Part shown: piece by piece, positions 29,053-38,856 of the stretch | Position numbering within the stretch: position 1 is the stretch's first letter | Layout: every line of letters begins with the position of its first letter | Source: a virus | Reading direction: 5' to 3' (one strand) | Length of the DNA stretch: 64,000 bases | Virus record (IMG/VR): IMGVR_UViG_3300019888_000107 | Coordinates: 32,001-96,000 of that record | Notes under the pieces: generated by a model | Databases searched by the model: none | Told to the model about the DNA's origin: nothing | Seen by the model: the letters and a program-made list of their open reading frames with translations, nothing else | Position numbers and translations under genes: made by a program

Positions 29053-29090
29053 TTGACCTCCAGCGCATGCTGAGTAAGCTGACTTACATG
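29053..29090 (+). promoter_or_regulatory. SigA-like promoter for a leaderless gene
   Basis: TTGACC-16-TAAGCT-GACTTAC-ATG. Confidence 0.55.
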
Positions 29091-29438
29091 GACACGCCCA
29101 TCACCTACACGGCGGAACAAATCGAGGCCATTGGGGGTACGACCTGGCGAAGCCGTAGGGGAGTGGTGCGTGTTTATCTCAACAACTGGCCCAAGCTGAT
29201 TGGCTTCGACATCGAGCGCTATGGCACCGGCAACATCAAGGGTGCCATGCTCGACGGCCACGAAATTTCCAACGGCAAGGCAGGCAGATTGCTGGTCGCG
29301 CGGGTGTACTGGGAAGGTGGCACGATCCGTACCGACCTAGCCCAGGTAGCGAACAGCATCGGCGTCGCCGTCCCGGGCGCTGCGCTCGTCGAAACACTGC
29401 TGGCCGAGATCGCCCGTCGAGTGACCGAGGTGGGCTGA
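29088..29438 (+). CDS. Hypothetical phage protein
   Basis: YGTGNIKGAMLDGHEISNGKA motif. Confidence 0.65.
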   Translation: MDTPITYTAEQIEAIGGTTWRSRRGVVRVYLNNWPKLIGFDIERYGTGNIKGAMLDGHEISNGKAGRLLVARVYWEGGTIRTDLAQVANSIGVAVPGAALVETLLAEIARRVTEVG

Positions 29439-29445
29439 ACCGAAA

Positions 29446-29778
29446 ATGTCTGAGTTCAAGATCGGCGACATCGTGATACCGCGGGAGGGACTGACCTGGG
29501 GCCACGCGCCGCGGCGTCCGATCCCCCCAGTACCGCACGTGGTGCGAGCAATACGCGATCTGCGTCGGCGGGGGATGGGGGTGTACCTGACAATTGGGCT
29601 AGACCCGGACAGCGCCACCGCGCGGGCGATCGAGCACCCGACCGTGCGGGAAATGGTGACCCGGTGGGGTTACGCGGTACGCGCGGGGGATGTGGAACGG
29701 AAGGAGCCCTCGGTCATGAGGGGGACCGAGGGCTCCTCACTCCAGCTTCGCGCCAGCAAAGCACCACCGAGTGAATGA
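29446..29778 (+). CDS. Hypothetical protein
   Basis: SEFKIGDIV start. Confidence 0.5.
   Translation: MSEFKIGDIVIPREGLTWGHAPRRPIPPVPHVVRAIRDLRRRGMGVYLTIGLDPDSATARAIEHPTVREMVTRWGYAVRAGDVERKEPSVMRGTEGSSLQLRASKAPPSE
29703..29736. terminator. 13-bp hairpin near a convergent junction
   Basis: GGAGCCCTCGGTC/GACCGAGGGCTCC. Confidence 0.5.
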
Positions 29779-29843
29779 CAGAGAACGAACATAGTTCTTC
29801 CCGTCGCGGCGAAACGTTACACCATCGCGGGCCGATGCGCTAC

Positions 29844-30068
29844 TCACCGGATCAACCCGCGTGTCCTTAAGTATTCCTCGATGTCCCACAGATCAAAATG
29901 GTATCGGGTGCCTGTGTGCCTCTGAATGTGCCCACGGGCTGCCCAGAGGCGAATAGTGCCCGGTTTGACCACCACGCCGTAGGCCCGTCGGACGTGTAAT
30001 GCCGCCGCGACTGAGTCGACCAGCACCGGGCGTCGTTCCGGCAGCGTGGTCCCTACGCGACGTCGCAC
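29844..30068 (-). CDS. MerR/excisionase-like HTH protein
   Basis: VKPGTIRLWAARGHI. Confidence 0.55.
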   Translation of the reverse strand: MRRRVGTTLPERRPVLVDSVAAALHVRRAYGVVVKPGTIRLWAARGHIQRHTGTRYHFDLWDIEEYLRTRGLIR

Positions 30069-30781
30069 TGGACTTTCAGCATCGCACCCAACCGCAACCA
30101 GTAGTCGCCATCCCAGGACGTATCGCACGCCCGGCAGCGCACGGTGTCCCCGTCGGCCGGGGCGTACAGCCGCACCCCGCACACCCGGCCCTCATCGAGC
30201 GGGGTGGGGCAGTGCCCGATCAGCCGGCGCGCGTCCCCTGTGACCGGTTTGAGCTGAGCCAGCAGCTGACGCACAACGCTAGCGAATTCAACAACGCTAT
30301 CCTGGCGGGTGAGCCAATCGAGTTGGTTGTCGAGCCAGCGCACCAGATCCGCTACGTCGGTGTCGGCGTCCGGGGTGGTGAATTCCCGTCGTTCGGCCAC
30401 GTCCACAGCCTCAATCATCAGCACACTCCACACGCTCAACGGTGGCCGTTCGTCCTCGGAATGCACCCGCCTGTCAGCGCCCATCCACACATGCGCGTCC
30501 GGACTGGACCGCGAATCACGCATCGCCATGATGTGCACGCTGCCCGGTGGCCTACTCCCGAACCCGGGCACACCGCGCGAGCCCACCTGCACACCCCCGA
30601 CCGGCATCGGACTCAACTTCTGGTAGCGGGCCGAAACAGATTTCAGATCTTCCCGCAGCCGATCGCAGCAATCCCAGCAAGTGCGATAGCCAGGGTCGGC
30701 GCGGCGCCAACGGCGGATCCCCAACGGGGGCGGACACAGGAGGCAGCTCCCATCGGGCCGGCTCAACATCGGCTCAGTCAT
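30053..30781 (-). CDS. Zn-finger phage regulator-like protein
   Basis: N- and C-terminal Cys pairs. Confidence 0.6.
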   Translation of the reverse strand: MTEPMLSRPDGSCLLCPPPLGIRRWRRADPGYRTCWDCCDRLREDLKSVSARYQKLSPMPVGGVQVGSRGVPGFGSRPPGSVHIMAMRDSRSSPDAHVWMGADRRVHSEDERPPLSVWSVLMIEAVDVAERREFTTPDADTDVADLVRWLDNQLDWLTRQDSVVEFASVVRQLLAQLKPVTGDARRLIGHCPTPLDEGRVCGVRLYAPADGDTVRCRACDTSWDGDYWLRLGAMLKVQCDVA

Positions 30782-30914
30782 GGCGACGACACACCGCGCT
30801 CACGATCACCACGACCAGCACCACAGCGGCTAAGAGCAACACGATGCCTCCCGTCAAACGCCTATTCGGTATTCCACGACCCACCGTCAATCGCATAATC
30901 GTTCTCCCTACCAA

Positions 30915-33900
30915 CTAGGCGGCATCGGCCCAAGCGAATGCTGGCGCGGACGGTTCGGCAATGATCGAGATCCCGTTCATCTGCGTCTCCATCGCGGCAA
31001 CCAGCGCGGAGGTAGCCTCGACCGCATCCTCCGCCGGCACGAATACGTCCAACTCGTCGTGCACCGGCAACAATACGCACCGACCCCACCGCGTGTCGCC
31101 CCAGCGGATCAGGGCGTCGACCAGGAGTTCACGGGCACTGCCCTGAATCGCGGCGTTCGGACCCTTATGCGGGAGCCGCGGATCGAAATGGATGATCCGC
31201 CCTGAATAGCTGGGATACGCAACATGCCCGGCCTTGATGGCGTTGCGGATGTCAGCCGACCAGGCGGTCAGACCGGGTGTCATCGCGTCCAACGTATCAA
31301 CGGCGGCTTGCGCAACCGCATGAGTGGTGCCACCCTGGGCGGCAAGGGTCGGGATACCCCCGCCGTATAAGCGTCCGAATACAATTCGTTTGGCCACATA
31401 GCGATGTTCTTTCTTCGGTGTGGGCTCGCCCGTCGGGTTTTTCTCGGATACCTCGGACGCTTTCGGACATGCCCCAAACACCTGCAACGCGATCTCAGCG
31501 TGCAAGTCACGACCCTCAGCGAGAAATTGCCGTAGCGTCGTATCCCCGGACAACGCGGCGGCCACTCGCAACTCCACACCACTAAAGTCCGCGCCAATCA
31601 TCAACTGCCCCGGATCGGCGGTGATACACGCGCGAACTCCACCTTGCCTACTAAGTTGTTGAAGATTCAACCTTACACAAGACATGCGTCCCGTCACGGT
31701 GCCCAAGGTATAAACCGTCGGACGCACCCGACCATCACCACGCTCACACAGTTGCGTCATAGGCTCCAGGAACGTACCGATAACCGTCGAATGATGCCGA
31801 TAATCAAGTACCGCGCGAGCCACGTCCCCGACTGCACCCTGATCGAGTTCCGCAAGGGGTTCAAGGACTTCTTTGGCTACCGAGGGTGCACCGGTTTTTT
31901 TCGATAGCGGCAACGTCGCGCCGAGCTCAACCATCACGGCGGCCACCTGCTTGCTCGACCCCGCGTTCTCAATCCCGAACGTTGCAACCCGTTCGCGGGC
32001 GGCGGCTTGGGCGGGTCGGTGTTCGGCCAGCTTCGCGGCTATGTGCTCGGCGTCCAGGCGTACCCCGTGATGAGCCACCCGAGCTGTCATGCGTTGAGCG
32101 AGCCGTTCCCGATAGACAATCTTAGGGTCGGCGATAGGAAGTTCGCGTGCGACAGCGTGGGTGTCGAGGACATCAGACGCGGCGTAACGGATCATCGTCG
32201 AGCGGGTGTAGTCGCATTGTGCCCAACCGGACCGTTCCACCGGAGTTTCAATCTTGGTATCGGTCAACCAACCGGCGGCCTTGAACAGTGCGGCACGTCC
32301 CTCACCAGCCCCCGGTGCGACCGAGCGGGTACCAAGCACAGCATCCGCCAACTTCTTCAAACCGGGATCGCTGCCGGTGGACTGCGGGTCGCCGAGCTTC
32401 GCGGGGATGACGGTGTCGTGCATCCGATCCCACGCCGATTCCAGCTCGATCAGCTCAGCGGCCACCAGAGGCACCAGATCAGCCGTGGCGGAGTGGGCGT
32501 GCAGGAACGTCGCTTCGGCCAGCAGCGTGGCAACCAGAGCCGTCTGAGCGGGGTCCTGCGCATCGAGCACCACCGCGGCTTCGTCGTCGCCGAGCTGGAT
32601 GGTGCGCAGCGCGTACAGCGCATGGCCGACGGGGTAGCCGGTGTTCTCGATATCGACGGTGAGCGCGCCACCGGTTCGCGCCAGGCAATCCCGCACGACC
32701 TTGAGCACCTGGACCTCAGTGAGCTGCACCGCGTGACCACCGCGATCAACTCCAGCGGGCAGACCGATGTACTCGCCAGCGGCGGCGTCGATACCAGCCC
32801 GGCACATGGCCAGCTTCTCCGCGACCTTGACTTTCGCCTTGAGCGTTTTCAGTTCCGCTCGCGCGTCGACCTTGCTGATGCCACGCGTATTTGCCCACAC
32901 CGTGACCTGATGGGGCGTCACGTTCCGTAGCGGCGAGTAGCCCTCGGGGAGCCCATCGGGCAGCGCTGCACCCGCGTCGGCGCATTTTCGCAGGTCAACG
33001 GCAGTATTTTCAGCCAAATCCGCCTCGGTGTGGAGGGTTTCGGCAGGTGTGGAGGGTTCCGAAATCCTTGTTTTTGCTGGTGAAGCCGCGTTTTTGTGAT
33101 CAACTGTGGAGGGTGGAGGGTCGTCACATATAGGGGCCATATATGGCGCATGTGGTATACGTACTTCTTCTTCTTCTACTTCTTGTGTATTTGTTGTCTG
33201 TAAACCCTCCACACCCTCCACAGAAGAAGAAAAAACGGGGGGTGAGCTGGGGTTTTCGGGTGTGGAGGGTTGAGCGCTAGACCCTCCACCAACCCTCCAC
33301 GGACCCTCCACATTTGGAGTGATTCCAGTTTGGCGAGCCTGGTGAGCAGCGACCTCAGCCGAGATCGGTGCTCCCGGCGAACTCGCCGTCCCGGGACCCC
33401 CCGGAACAGAATCGAAAAATCCGTGCCCCCCGTCGACCCGGATCCGCAGTGCCCGGTACCGCCCATCCCTACGGTCGGTAGCGGGATAGTTCAGCTCGTT
33501 GAGGCGAACACCCCATTTTGTGATCTCCAGATGGAGGTTTTTGGCGACGTTGTGGTTGCGGCACCAGCCGATGAACGCGTCGTGCAGCGTCCCGGATCGG
33601 GTGCCGGCCTCCCACGGTTCGCAGGCGTCGTCCACCCACTGCTTGACGGGGTCCTGCTCCTCGGCGATCTCCTCAGCCTGGAAGCGGATGCCCGGCGGCG
33701 CGGCCGAGGTGAGTGCGGAGTTGGGGTCGGCTAACCAGGCGGCGGCTTCAGCCATCAGGAACGCCAGCACCCCCGGAGCCTCGCCGGCCCACACCGCTGG
33801 GGTGAGCGCGCGCCGGACGGTTTCCACCACCTGGGGAGCACCCTCACACGGGATCAACCGGGCCCGCCGTCGGACGGCCGCATCGACCAGCGAAGGCTTG

Positions 33901-35960
33901 TGGTTGGCCGTGAGGATCAGCGTGTGGGTGGGCCGGAACGTGATGGGGTTTTGGTTCATCGCGTTCCCGGTCAGCTCGCCCCCACCGGAGTACCTCTTCA
34001 AGCGCTCCTGAGGGCCCTTGGCGTCTGACGGGGCCTCGTCGATGAAGGACAACCGCCGCCCTTTGAGCGCGAAAATAATCGAGTCATGGGAGTTGTCCCC
34101 ACTGAGTAGTTTGGGGTTGGCGGCGTGCCCGTAGGTTCCCAAACACGACATGATGAGCGTGATGACCGACGTTTTCCCGGTTCCGGCTGGGCCTAGCAGA
34201 ATCGGTAGCGCCGCGTCGGGATACCCGGTCACCGAAATGGACAGCACCCGCAGCACCCACGCTCGGATGGCGGCGTCCGGCCACACCGCGACCAGCAGCG
34301 CGTCCCAATGCGGGGTGGGCATGATCTCGGGCATGACCCCGGCCGAGGATAGGTGCACGATTTTGTCGCCGACGTCGGTCAGCGCCGGACCGTCCCCGCT
34401 GGCGCGCAAGTCATAGGGCATCCCTCCGGCCCACAAAATCTCCGGATCCGAGTCCAGATCGGCCAGTTTTACCGCGCTGGGATGGATACCACCAGCAACA
34501 GTCCGCCGCATGGAAGCCGCAACAGCGTTGGCGCCCGCATTGTTTTCCATCCGTGTCCGTCGCGCGAACTGCCGGTGAGCGACGGTGTACTCAGTTTTCT
34601 TTGTGGGTAGTTCGGGATCCCCAGCGGGCATCAGTTCGACAATTTCCTCCACGGCGCGCCCTGGCAGTGCGTCTCCGTGTAGTTCCCAGCACAGCGGGCC
34701 CCGTTGCAGCCACCCGTTTCTGGTGTCGCTGGCATGGCGAATCATGGGCCGGCACCGATACAGCACAGCCTTGGCAATTTTGTGGTCGGTGTCGCATTGC
34801 GGATCGAACAGCTCAGCACCGATGACCTGCCGCCAGCCGTAGTCGATCGGGGCTGTGATCGGACCGGGCAACGGCTCGTAACGCTCCCCGGACGGGTCAA
34901 ATTCACCACGGTCGTCAATGGGTGCAGGCGCCTGTACGGTGTCGTAGCCGCCGAGGGTCAGACACGGATCCCGATCAACCGGCGAACTCGCCCCGACGGC
35001 GGTGACGGCTTTGCGAGCGGAACTGAGTAGCATAGATTCGAACTCGTGGGCCCGGCCCTCACCCGACGTTAGTTCTTCCCACAACTCACGCAGGATCTCC
35101 AGCGCAACACCCACGCCCGGGTGCCCGCTGGCGCCGAGTTGCACCACGTTGTGGGTGCGGGCGGTCATGACGTCGTGACGAGAGCCGCTTTCGGCTTTAC
35201 CCAGCTCAAGGACCGCCACCTGCGTCGCCCCGGCAACGTCGGAACACGCCACCCGCTCATCAGCCCGCAACGCGCACAGCAACTGCCAGCCGCTACCCGG
35301 GTCGGCCGCCGCCGCGCTCGCCTCGGTAGCCAACGCACCCAACTCCGCCACCCAACGAGCGGGCAATTCAGTCAGACCCGCCGGCCCCGGCACTACCCCA
35401 TCACCCGCTAACCCACCGCCGGGGTCATACCAGCGATACCGCGCACCCTCGGCCAGATCGCGGTGAATCGACGGGGCCACCACGACGTAGCGGTGATGAC
35501 GCTGGATGACCTCGATCGAGCCCCCCAAATGCGTGCCATACCGCCCGGCCGGAACGCGAAACAGCCGAATACCCGACGGCCCTGGTCCGGTCTCACTGCC
35601 CCGGGCGGTGGAGATCCAGGTAGCCGGCAGCACACCCCAGCTCGCCTCATACCCCGCGAGCACGTCGGCACCATTTTTGACTACCTCCCGGTCGGCCGCA
35701 CCCGATTCCCCCGGCACGACCTTGGTGTAGTGGTCGACGTCAAGCCCGATCACCCCGGCGGGTAGCCGCAGCGCGATGGAGTAATCGGCGTACACACCCT
35801 CCGACCACGCGGTGAGCTGTTCGGGCGACGTGTCGATCCCGTCGGCGCCGGTGAACCCGGTGGGTGGTGGAAACTTCTCGGCGGGCGGAACAGGCAGGAT
35901 CCCGCGCCAGCCGGCGGTGTAGTACGCGCTCAGAGCGGATGCGAACACAGGGGAATTCAT
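30915..35960 (-). CDS. Prim-Pol + SF3 (D5-like) helicase + family A DNA polymerase fusion
   Basis: IGLDVDHY and VVAPSIH; GPAGTGKTS and FIDEA; exonuclease TVDIEN; PolA motifs ADFSGVELR, AKRIVFGRLYGG, VHDEL. Confidence 0.88.
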   Translation of the reverse strand: MNSPVFASALSAYYTAGWRGILPVPPAEKFPPPTGFTGADGIDTSPEQLTAWSEGVYADYSIALRLPAGVIGLDVDHYTKVVPGESGAADREVVKNGADVLAGYEASWGVLPATWISTARGSETGPGPSGIRLFRVPAGRYGTHLGGSIEVIQRHHRYVVVAPSIHRDLAEGARYRWYDPGGGLAGDGVVPGPAGLTELPARWVAELGALATEASAAAADPGSGWQLLCALRADERVACSDVAGATQVAVLELGKAESGSRHDVMTARTHNVVQLGASGHPGVGVALEILRELWEELTSGEGRAHEFESMLLSSARKAVTAVGASSPVDRDPCLTLGGYDTVQAPAPIDDRGEFDPSGERYEPLPGPITAPIDYGWRQVIGAELFDPQCDTDHKIAKAVLYRCRPMIRHASDTRNGWLQRGPLCWELHGDALPGRAVEEIVELMPAGDPELPTKKTEYTVAHRQFARRTRMENNAGANAVAASMRRTVAGGIHPSAVKLADLDSDPEILWAGGMPYDLRASGDGPALTDVGDKIVHLSSAGVMPEIMPTPHWDALLVAVWPDAAIRAWVLRVLSISVTGYPDAALPILLGPAGTGKTSVITLIMSCLGTYGHAANPKLLSGDNSHDSIIFALKGRRLSFIDEAPSDAKGPQERLKRYSGGGELTGNAMNQNPITFRPTHTLILTANHKPSLVDAAVRRRARLIPCEGAPQVVETVRRALTPAVWAGEAPGVLAFLMAEAAAWLADPNSALTSAAPPGIRFQAEEIAEEQDPVKQWVDDACEPWEAGTRSGTLHDAFIGWCRNHNVAKNLHLEITKWGVRLNELNYPATDRRDGRYRALRIRVDGGHGFFDSVPGGPGTASSPGAPISAEVAAHQARQTGITPNVEGPWRVGGGSSAQPSTPENPSSPPVFSSSVEGVEGLQTTNTQEVEEEEVRIPHAPYMAPICDDPPPSTVDHKNAASPAKTRISEPSTPAETLHTEADLAENTAVDLRKCADAGAALPDGLPEGYSPLRNVTPHQVTVWANTRGISKVDARAELKTLKAKVKVAEKLAMCRAGIDAAAGEYIGLPAGVDRGGHAVQLTEVQVLKVVRDCLARTGGALTVDIENTGYPVGHALYALRTIQLGDDEAAVVLDAQDPAQTALVATLLAEATFLHAHSATADLVPLVAAELIELESAWDRMHDTVIPAKLGDPQSTGSDPGLKKLADAVLGTRSVAPGAGEGRAALFKAAGWLTDTKIETPVERSGWAQCDYTRSTMIRYAASDVLDTHAVARELPIADPKIVYRERLAQRMTARVAHHGVRLDAEHIAAKLAEHRPAQAAARERVATFGIENAGSSKQVAAVMVELGATLPLSKKTGAPSVAKEVLEPLAELDQGAVGDVARAVLDYRHHSTVIGTFLEPMTQLCERGDGRVRPTVYTLGTVTGRMSCVRLNLQQLSRQGGVRACITADPGQLMIGADFSGVELRVAAALSGDTTLRQFLAEGRDLHAEIALQVFGACPKASEVSEKNPTGEPTPKKEHRYVAKRIVFGRLYGGGIPTLAAQGGTTHAVAQAAVDTLDAMTPGLTAWSADIRNAIKAGHVAYPSYSGRIIHFDPRLPHKGPNAAIQGSARELLVDALIRWGDTRWGRCVLLPVHDELDVFVPAEDAVEATSALVAAMETQMNGISIIAEPSAPAFAWADAA
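33030..33311. repeat. Ten copies of ACCCTCCAC/GTGGAGGGT around an AT-rich core (ori candidate)
   Basis: Counted directly in both orientations. Confidence 0.75.
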
Positions 35961-36148
35961 TGCATCACCACACCGGATTGGCCGAACTCGAATCGAGCGG
36001 ACCGGGCCGTAGTGAAACCCTCAGGCTCGTATACCCAGTCGATCCGCATGTGGTCAAAGAATACCGCCCATCGAGCTTCCAAACGGGAGCGGAAATGACA
36101 GCCGGCGTAACGGGTCGGAATCGCTGCGATTGCTGGCCTGGTGCTCAT
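35957..36148 (-). pseudogene. Internally deleted PD-(D/E)xK-type nuclease
   Basis: FRSRLEARWAVFFD..W.YEPEGF joined directly to ARSARFE; no catalytic core. Confidence 0.5.
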
Positions 36149-36867
36149 TCCGCCGTCACTCCGTCAATCAGCCCGGACCGTCGCAGATGCCCCATGAGCT
36201 GTGCCCCAATAAATTCCGTATAGCGCGGTGGGATCGACTCGCACACTTCTCGAATGGTGGTCATCCACGGCACACCCATCACCTCAGCCGCCCGCAGCCG
36301 CCACACCCGAGAATGCTTTCCCCCTGAGATTGTCATGTACTGGTCAGGCTCAGGTAGATACCCGTTTCGGGCGCATCTGGCCTGGTGAGCGGGGTGTTCG
36401 GGTTCGATCGACGGGAACGATGTCTCAAATCCGCGGTGTCTATATACCCGTAATCCGAACATGGATCCGCACAGTATGGTCGGCCGAATCAGCGGGGCCT
36501 GTACCACGTTTTCGATGACAAAGGGCATACCCACGGCCTCCAGAATGTCACGTACCGGCCCCACCAGATCGGGGTAAGTCTTTTTGTTGTACGCATTCAG
36601 CGGCGAATACGCCTGGCACGGAGGGCTTGCCGCAATTGCAACCGCGCCCCACCGATGCGCTAATTCCTGAACTCCCGTGACGCCCAATTCCATGACGTCG
36701 GCGACTAGGCACGGCCCCGGGTAACGCGGTTGCTCGACCCAATCCACCCCGACCGTTGCGAACCCGGCGCGTTGATAACCGGCCCCCGCGCCGCCGCCGC
36801 CCGCAAATAGATCAAGTACGACGGGACGCCCACCAGTTCCCGGCCACACCGTCAGCGCCGCCATCAC
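36145..36867 (-). CDS. C5 cytosine DNA methyltransferase
   Basis: LDLFAGGGG, SPPCQ, IENV, RHR. Confidence 0.82.
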   Translation of the reverse strand: MMAALTVWPGTGGRPVVLDLFAGGGGAGAGYQRAGFATVGVDWVEQPRYPGPCLVADVMELGVTGVQELAHRWGAVAIAASPPCQAYSPLNAYNKKTYPDLVGPVRDILEAVGMPFVIENVVQAPLIRPTILCGSMFGLRVYRHRGFETSFPSIEPEHPAHQARCARNGYLPEPDQYMTISGGKHSRVWRLRAAEVMGVPWMTTIREVCESIPPRYTEFIGAQLMGHLRRSGLIDGVTAE

Positions 36868-37364
36868 GGGCCCCCACGCCGGCTTAACGGGTCAGGGACG
36901 CCTCGGTCGTGCACCGCGCAATAGATGGCTTGCCTCGCTGCATCTCTAGCGTGCGGCATCCCGGCCAGCGACGAGAGCAGCCCCGCGGCATCGAGGCGGG
37001 AGTTCGATGCCCAGGGCTTAACTTCGGCGGCTGAGCGCTGCACGACCGGAATCCCGTCTCGCCCGGTGTAGGTGCTGGCGATGGTCTCAATGAGTCGACG
37101 GGTGATCTGCCCAGCTGCCGGCGTAGACGAACGAGCTGCTCGCGGGCCCACGACGAAACGCTCTACCGCGATGATCAGGTCACCAGGGGTGAGGGTGCTC
37201 GCGGCGTCGTCGGTGAGCGTGTCCAGCACCATCTCCACCCAGTTGTGCGAGACCTGCGCAAACCCGTGCCTGACCAGCGCGCCGGCCCGGTAGTGCAGGG
37301 CACAGATGCCGGTGGTGGGTCCCGGATCGCAGCCAATGACCGTGAGTTCGGCGGTATCGGTCAT
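36864..37364 (-). CDS. RuvC-like Holliday junction resolvase
   Basis: IGCDPGPTTG, AVERF, HARDA. Confidence 0.7.
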   Translation of the reverse strand: MTDTAELTVIGCDPGPTTGICALHYRAGALVRHGFAQVSHNWVEMVLDTLTDDAASTLTPGDLIIAVERFVVGPRAARSSTPAAGQITRRLIETIASTYTGRDGIPVVQRSAAEVKPWASNSRLDAAGLLSSLAGMPHARDAARQAIYCAVHDRGVPDPLSRRGGP

Positions 37365-37570
37365 GACTCGCCACCGTTCGAGCGCCGCGTGGATGTGATC
37401 TCCCGACGGACCACGAACACGGCGTTGACCAGAACGGCGATCGACGGGGCGCCGACAATGGCCGTGACGGCGGCGGTGACCCCGGCGGGTAGAGCGATGA
37501 GGGAGAACGCCACCAGCAGCGACCACGTCAGCGCCGCCCCGAGGTAGACGTGAACGAGCATCCGAGTCAT
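37361..37570 (-). CDS. Small membrane protein
   Basis: Two TM segments; ATGA coupling. Confidence 0.55.
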   Translation of the reverse strand: MTRMLVHVYLGAALTWSLLVAFSLIALPAGVTAAVTAIVGAPSIAVLVNAVFVVRREITSTRRSNGGES

Positions 37571-38109
37571 GACAGGCGCCGAGCCAGCTCGCGGAAACAC
37601 AAACCGGTGGCCTGAACGTCCCCCGCCGCTGTGTGATCCCCCGGTTCAACCCCGAGAAGTTCGCAGATTCGGGTCAGTCCCGGCCGACGGCTCATGTCCA
37701 GCCCGAACAGCCGCCCCACCTCAACCGAGAGATCCCATAGCGCACCCCACGGATCCCCACACAACCCCGCTCGACCGAATAGCGGTGCCAGGAAGCGGGC
37801 GTCGAACTTGGGGTTGGAGCCAACCATCACCGCCCGGTAATAGAGGCTGTCACCCGAGAGCCGGGAATGGAGCCTGGCTAATTCGCTACCGTCGAAGTCT
37901 TGCGGCGCCGTGGCGATGCGATCGATGTAGCGGTTGACCTTGAGCGCTTCCGGGTGCGCGACGGCAATGACGTTGGTAGGGTCATGTACGGGGATGAAAC
38001 AGCCACGCTCGTCGGTATTGAGATTCCACCACGCGACCTCGATTACCTGGTGCACGCGCGGGTCAAAGCCACTACATTCACAATCGACCACAATCACTGG
38101 CGCCGCCAT
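37567..38109 (-). CDS. DEDDh 3'-5' exonuclease
   Basis: VDCE, NPKFD, HTAAGD. Confidence 0.8.
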   Translation of the reverse strand: MAAPVIVVDCECSGFDPRVHQVIEVAWWNLNTDERGCFIPVHDPTNVIAVAHPEALKVNRYIDRIATAPQDFDGSELARLHSRLSGDSLYYRAVMVGSNPKFDARFLAPLFGRAGLCGDPWGALWDLSVEVGRLFGLDMSRRPGLTRICELLGVEPGDHTAAGDVQATGLCFRELARRLS

Positions 38110-38111
38110 GG

Positions 38112-38354
38112 CTACTCCCGCCCTTCCGGATCAATGACGTGCATGACCTGTTTGGCGGCGGCGAGTAACCCGTGCATTTGAATCCAATCCAGATCGTTCG
38201 AGACGGTGTACAGACTCGGCATTCCGTCGTCGAGGTTCATGACCTTGGCCAGCACCATCACTTCCACCAGCCGGTCTTGCGGCGCCAGGTCAATGGTGAT
38301 GCCCAGCTGGTCGAGCACCGGCCCGATCGGCACAGGCCCTTCCGAATCGCTCAT
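38112..38354 (-). CDS. Hypothetical protein
   Basis: GAGGA RBS. Confidence 0.55.
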   Translation of the reverse strand: MSDSEGPVPIGPVLDQLGITIDLAPQDRLVEVMVLAKVMNLDDGMPSLYTVSNDLDWIQMHGLLAAAKQVMHVIDPEGRE

Positions 38355-38731
38355 GTCGTGTCCTCGGCGGTGTGTTCGAGCCATTCCGACAACGCGTCCC
38401 GCAGCGCCAGCACCTGAGACCGGTCCAATACGCAGGTGTCTTCATCGGGAATAGGGGACGACAGTGTGACGCGAAGATAGGGCCAGTAGTTGTGACCGTC
38501 GTAGTTTTCGCAACAGACACCCTCATCGAATGCCGCTGGGCTACACTCTTTCCCGGCGAGACACTTCCCGTCCCGGGTGATCCAGGGTGGAATGGACGCC
38601 AGATGGAAATGCCCACCCCGGTCGTCGCCCATCGACGGGAGCACGTGAGAGCGCTGATACACCAGGGGCGCCGGCCAGTCGGGTTCTTCCCCATCGAAGA
38701 TGCAAAAGCTGCAGTAAATTGAGATTGTCAA
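38351..38731 (-). CDS. Hypothetical protein
   Basis: Ends LDRSQVLALRDALSEWL. Confidence 0.55.
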   Translation of the reverse strand: MTISIYCSFCIFDGEEPDWPAPLVYQRSHVLPSMGDDRGGHFHLASIPPWITRDGKCLAGKECSPAAFDEGVCCENYDGHNYWPYLRVTLSSPIPDEDTCVLDRSQVLALRDALSEWLEHTAEDTT

Positions 38732-38856
38732 CCCCTCCTCGGTGCCAGCGCCCTTGGGTGTTTACGTCAGTCGTCGTCTTCCGGATCTATGTGCGTCTGT
38801 CCGCATTCGCAGTCAGTCTCATCGTCATCACCCATTCGGCTCACCCCCTTCCGCGC

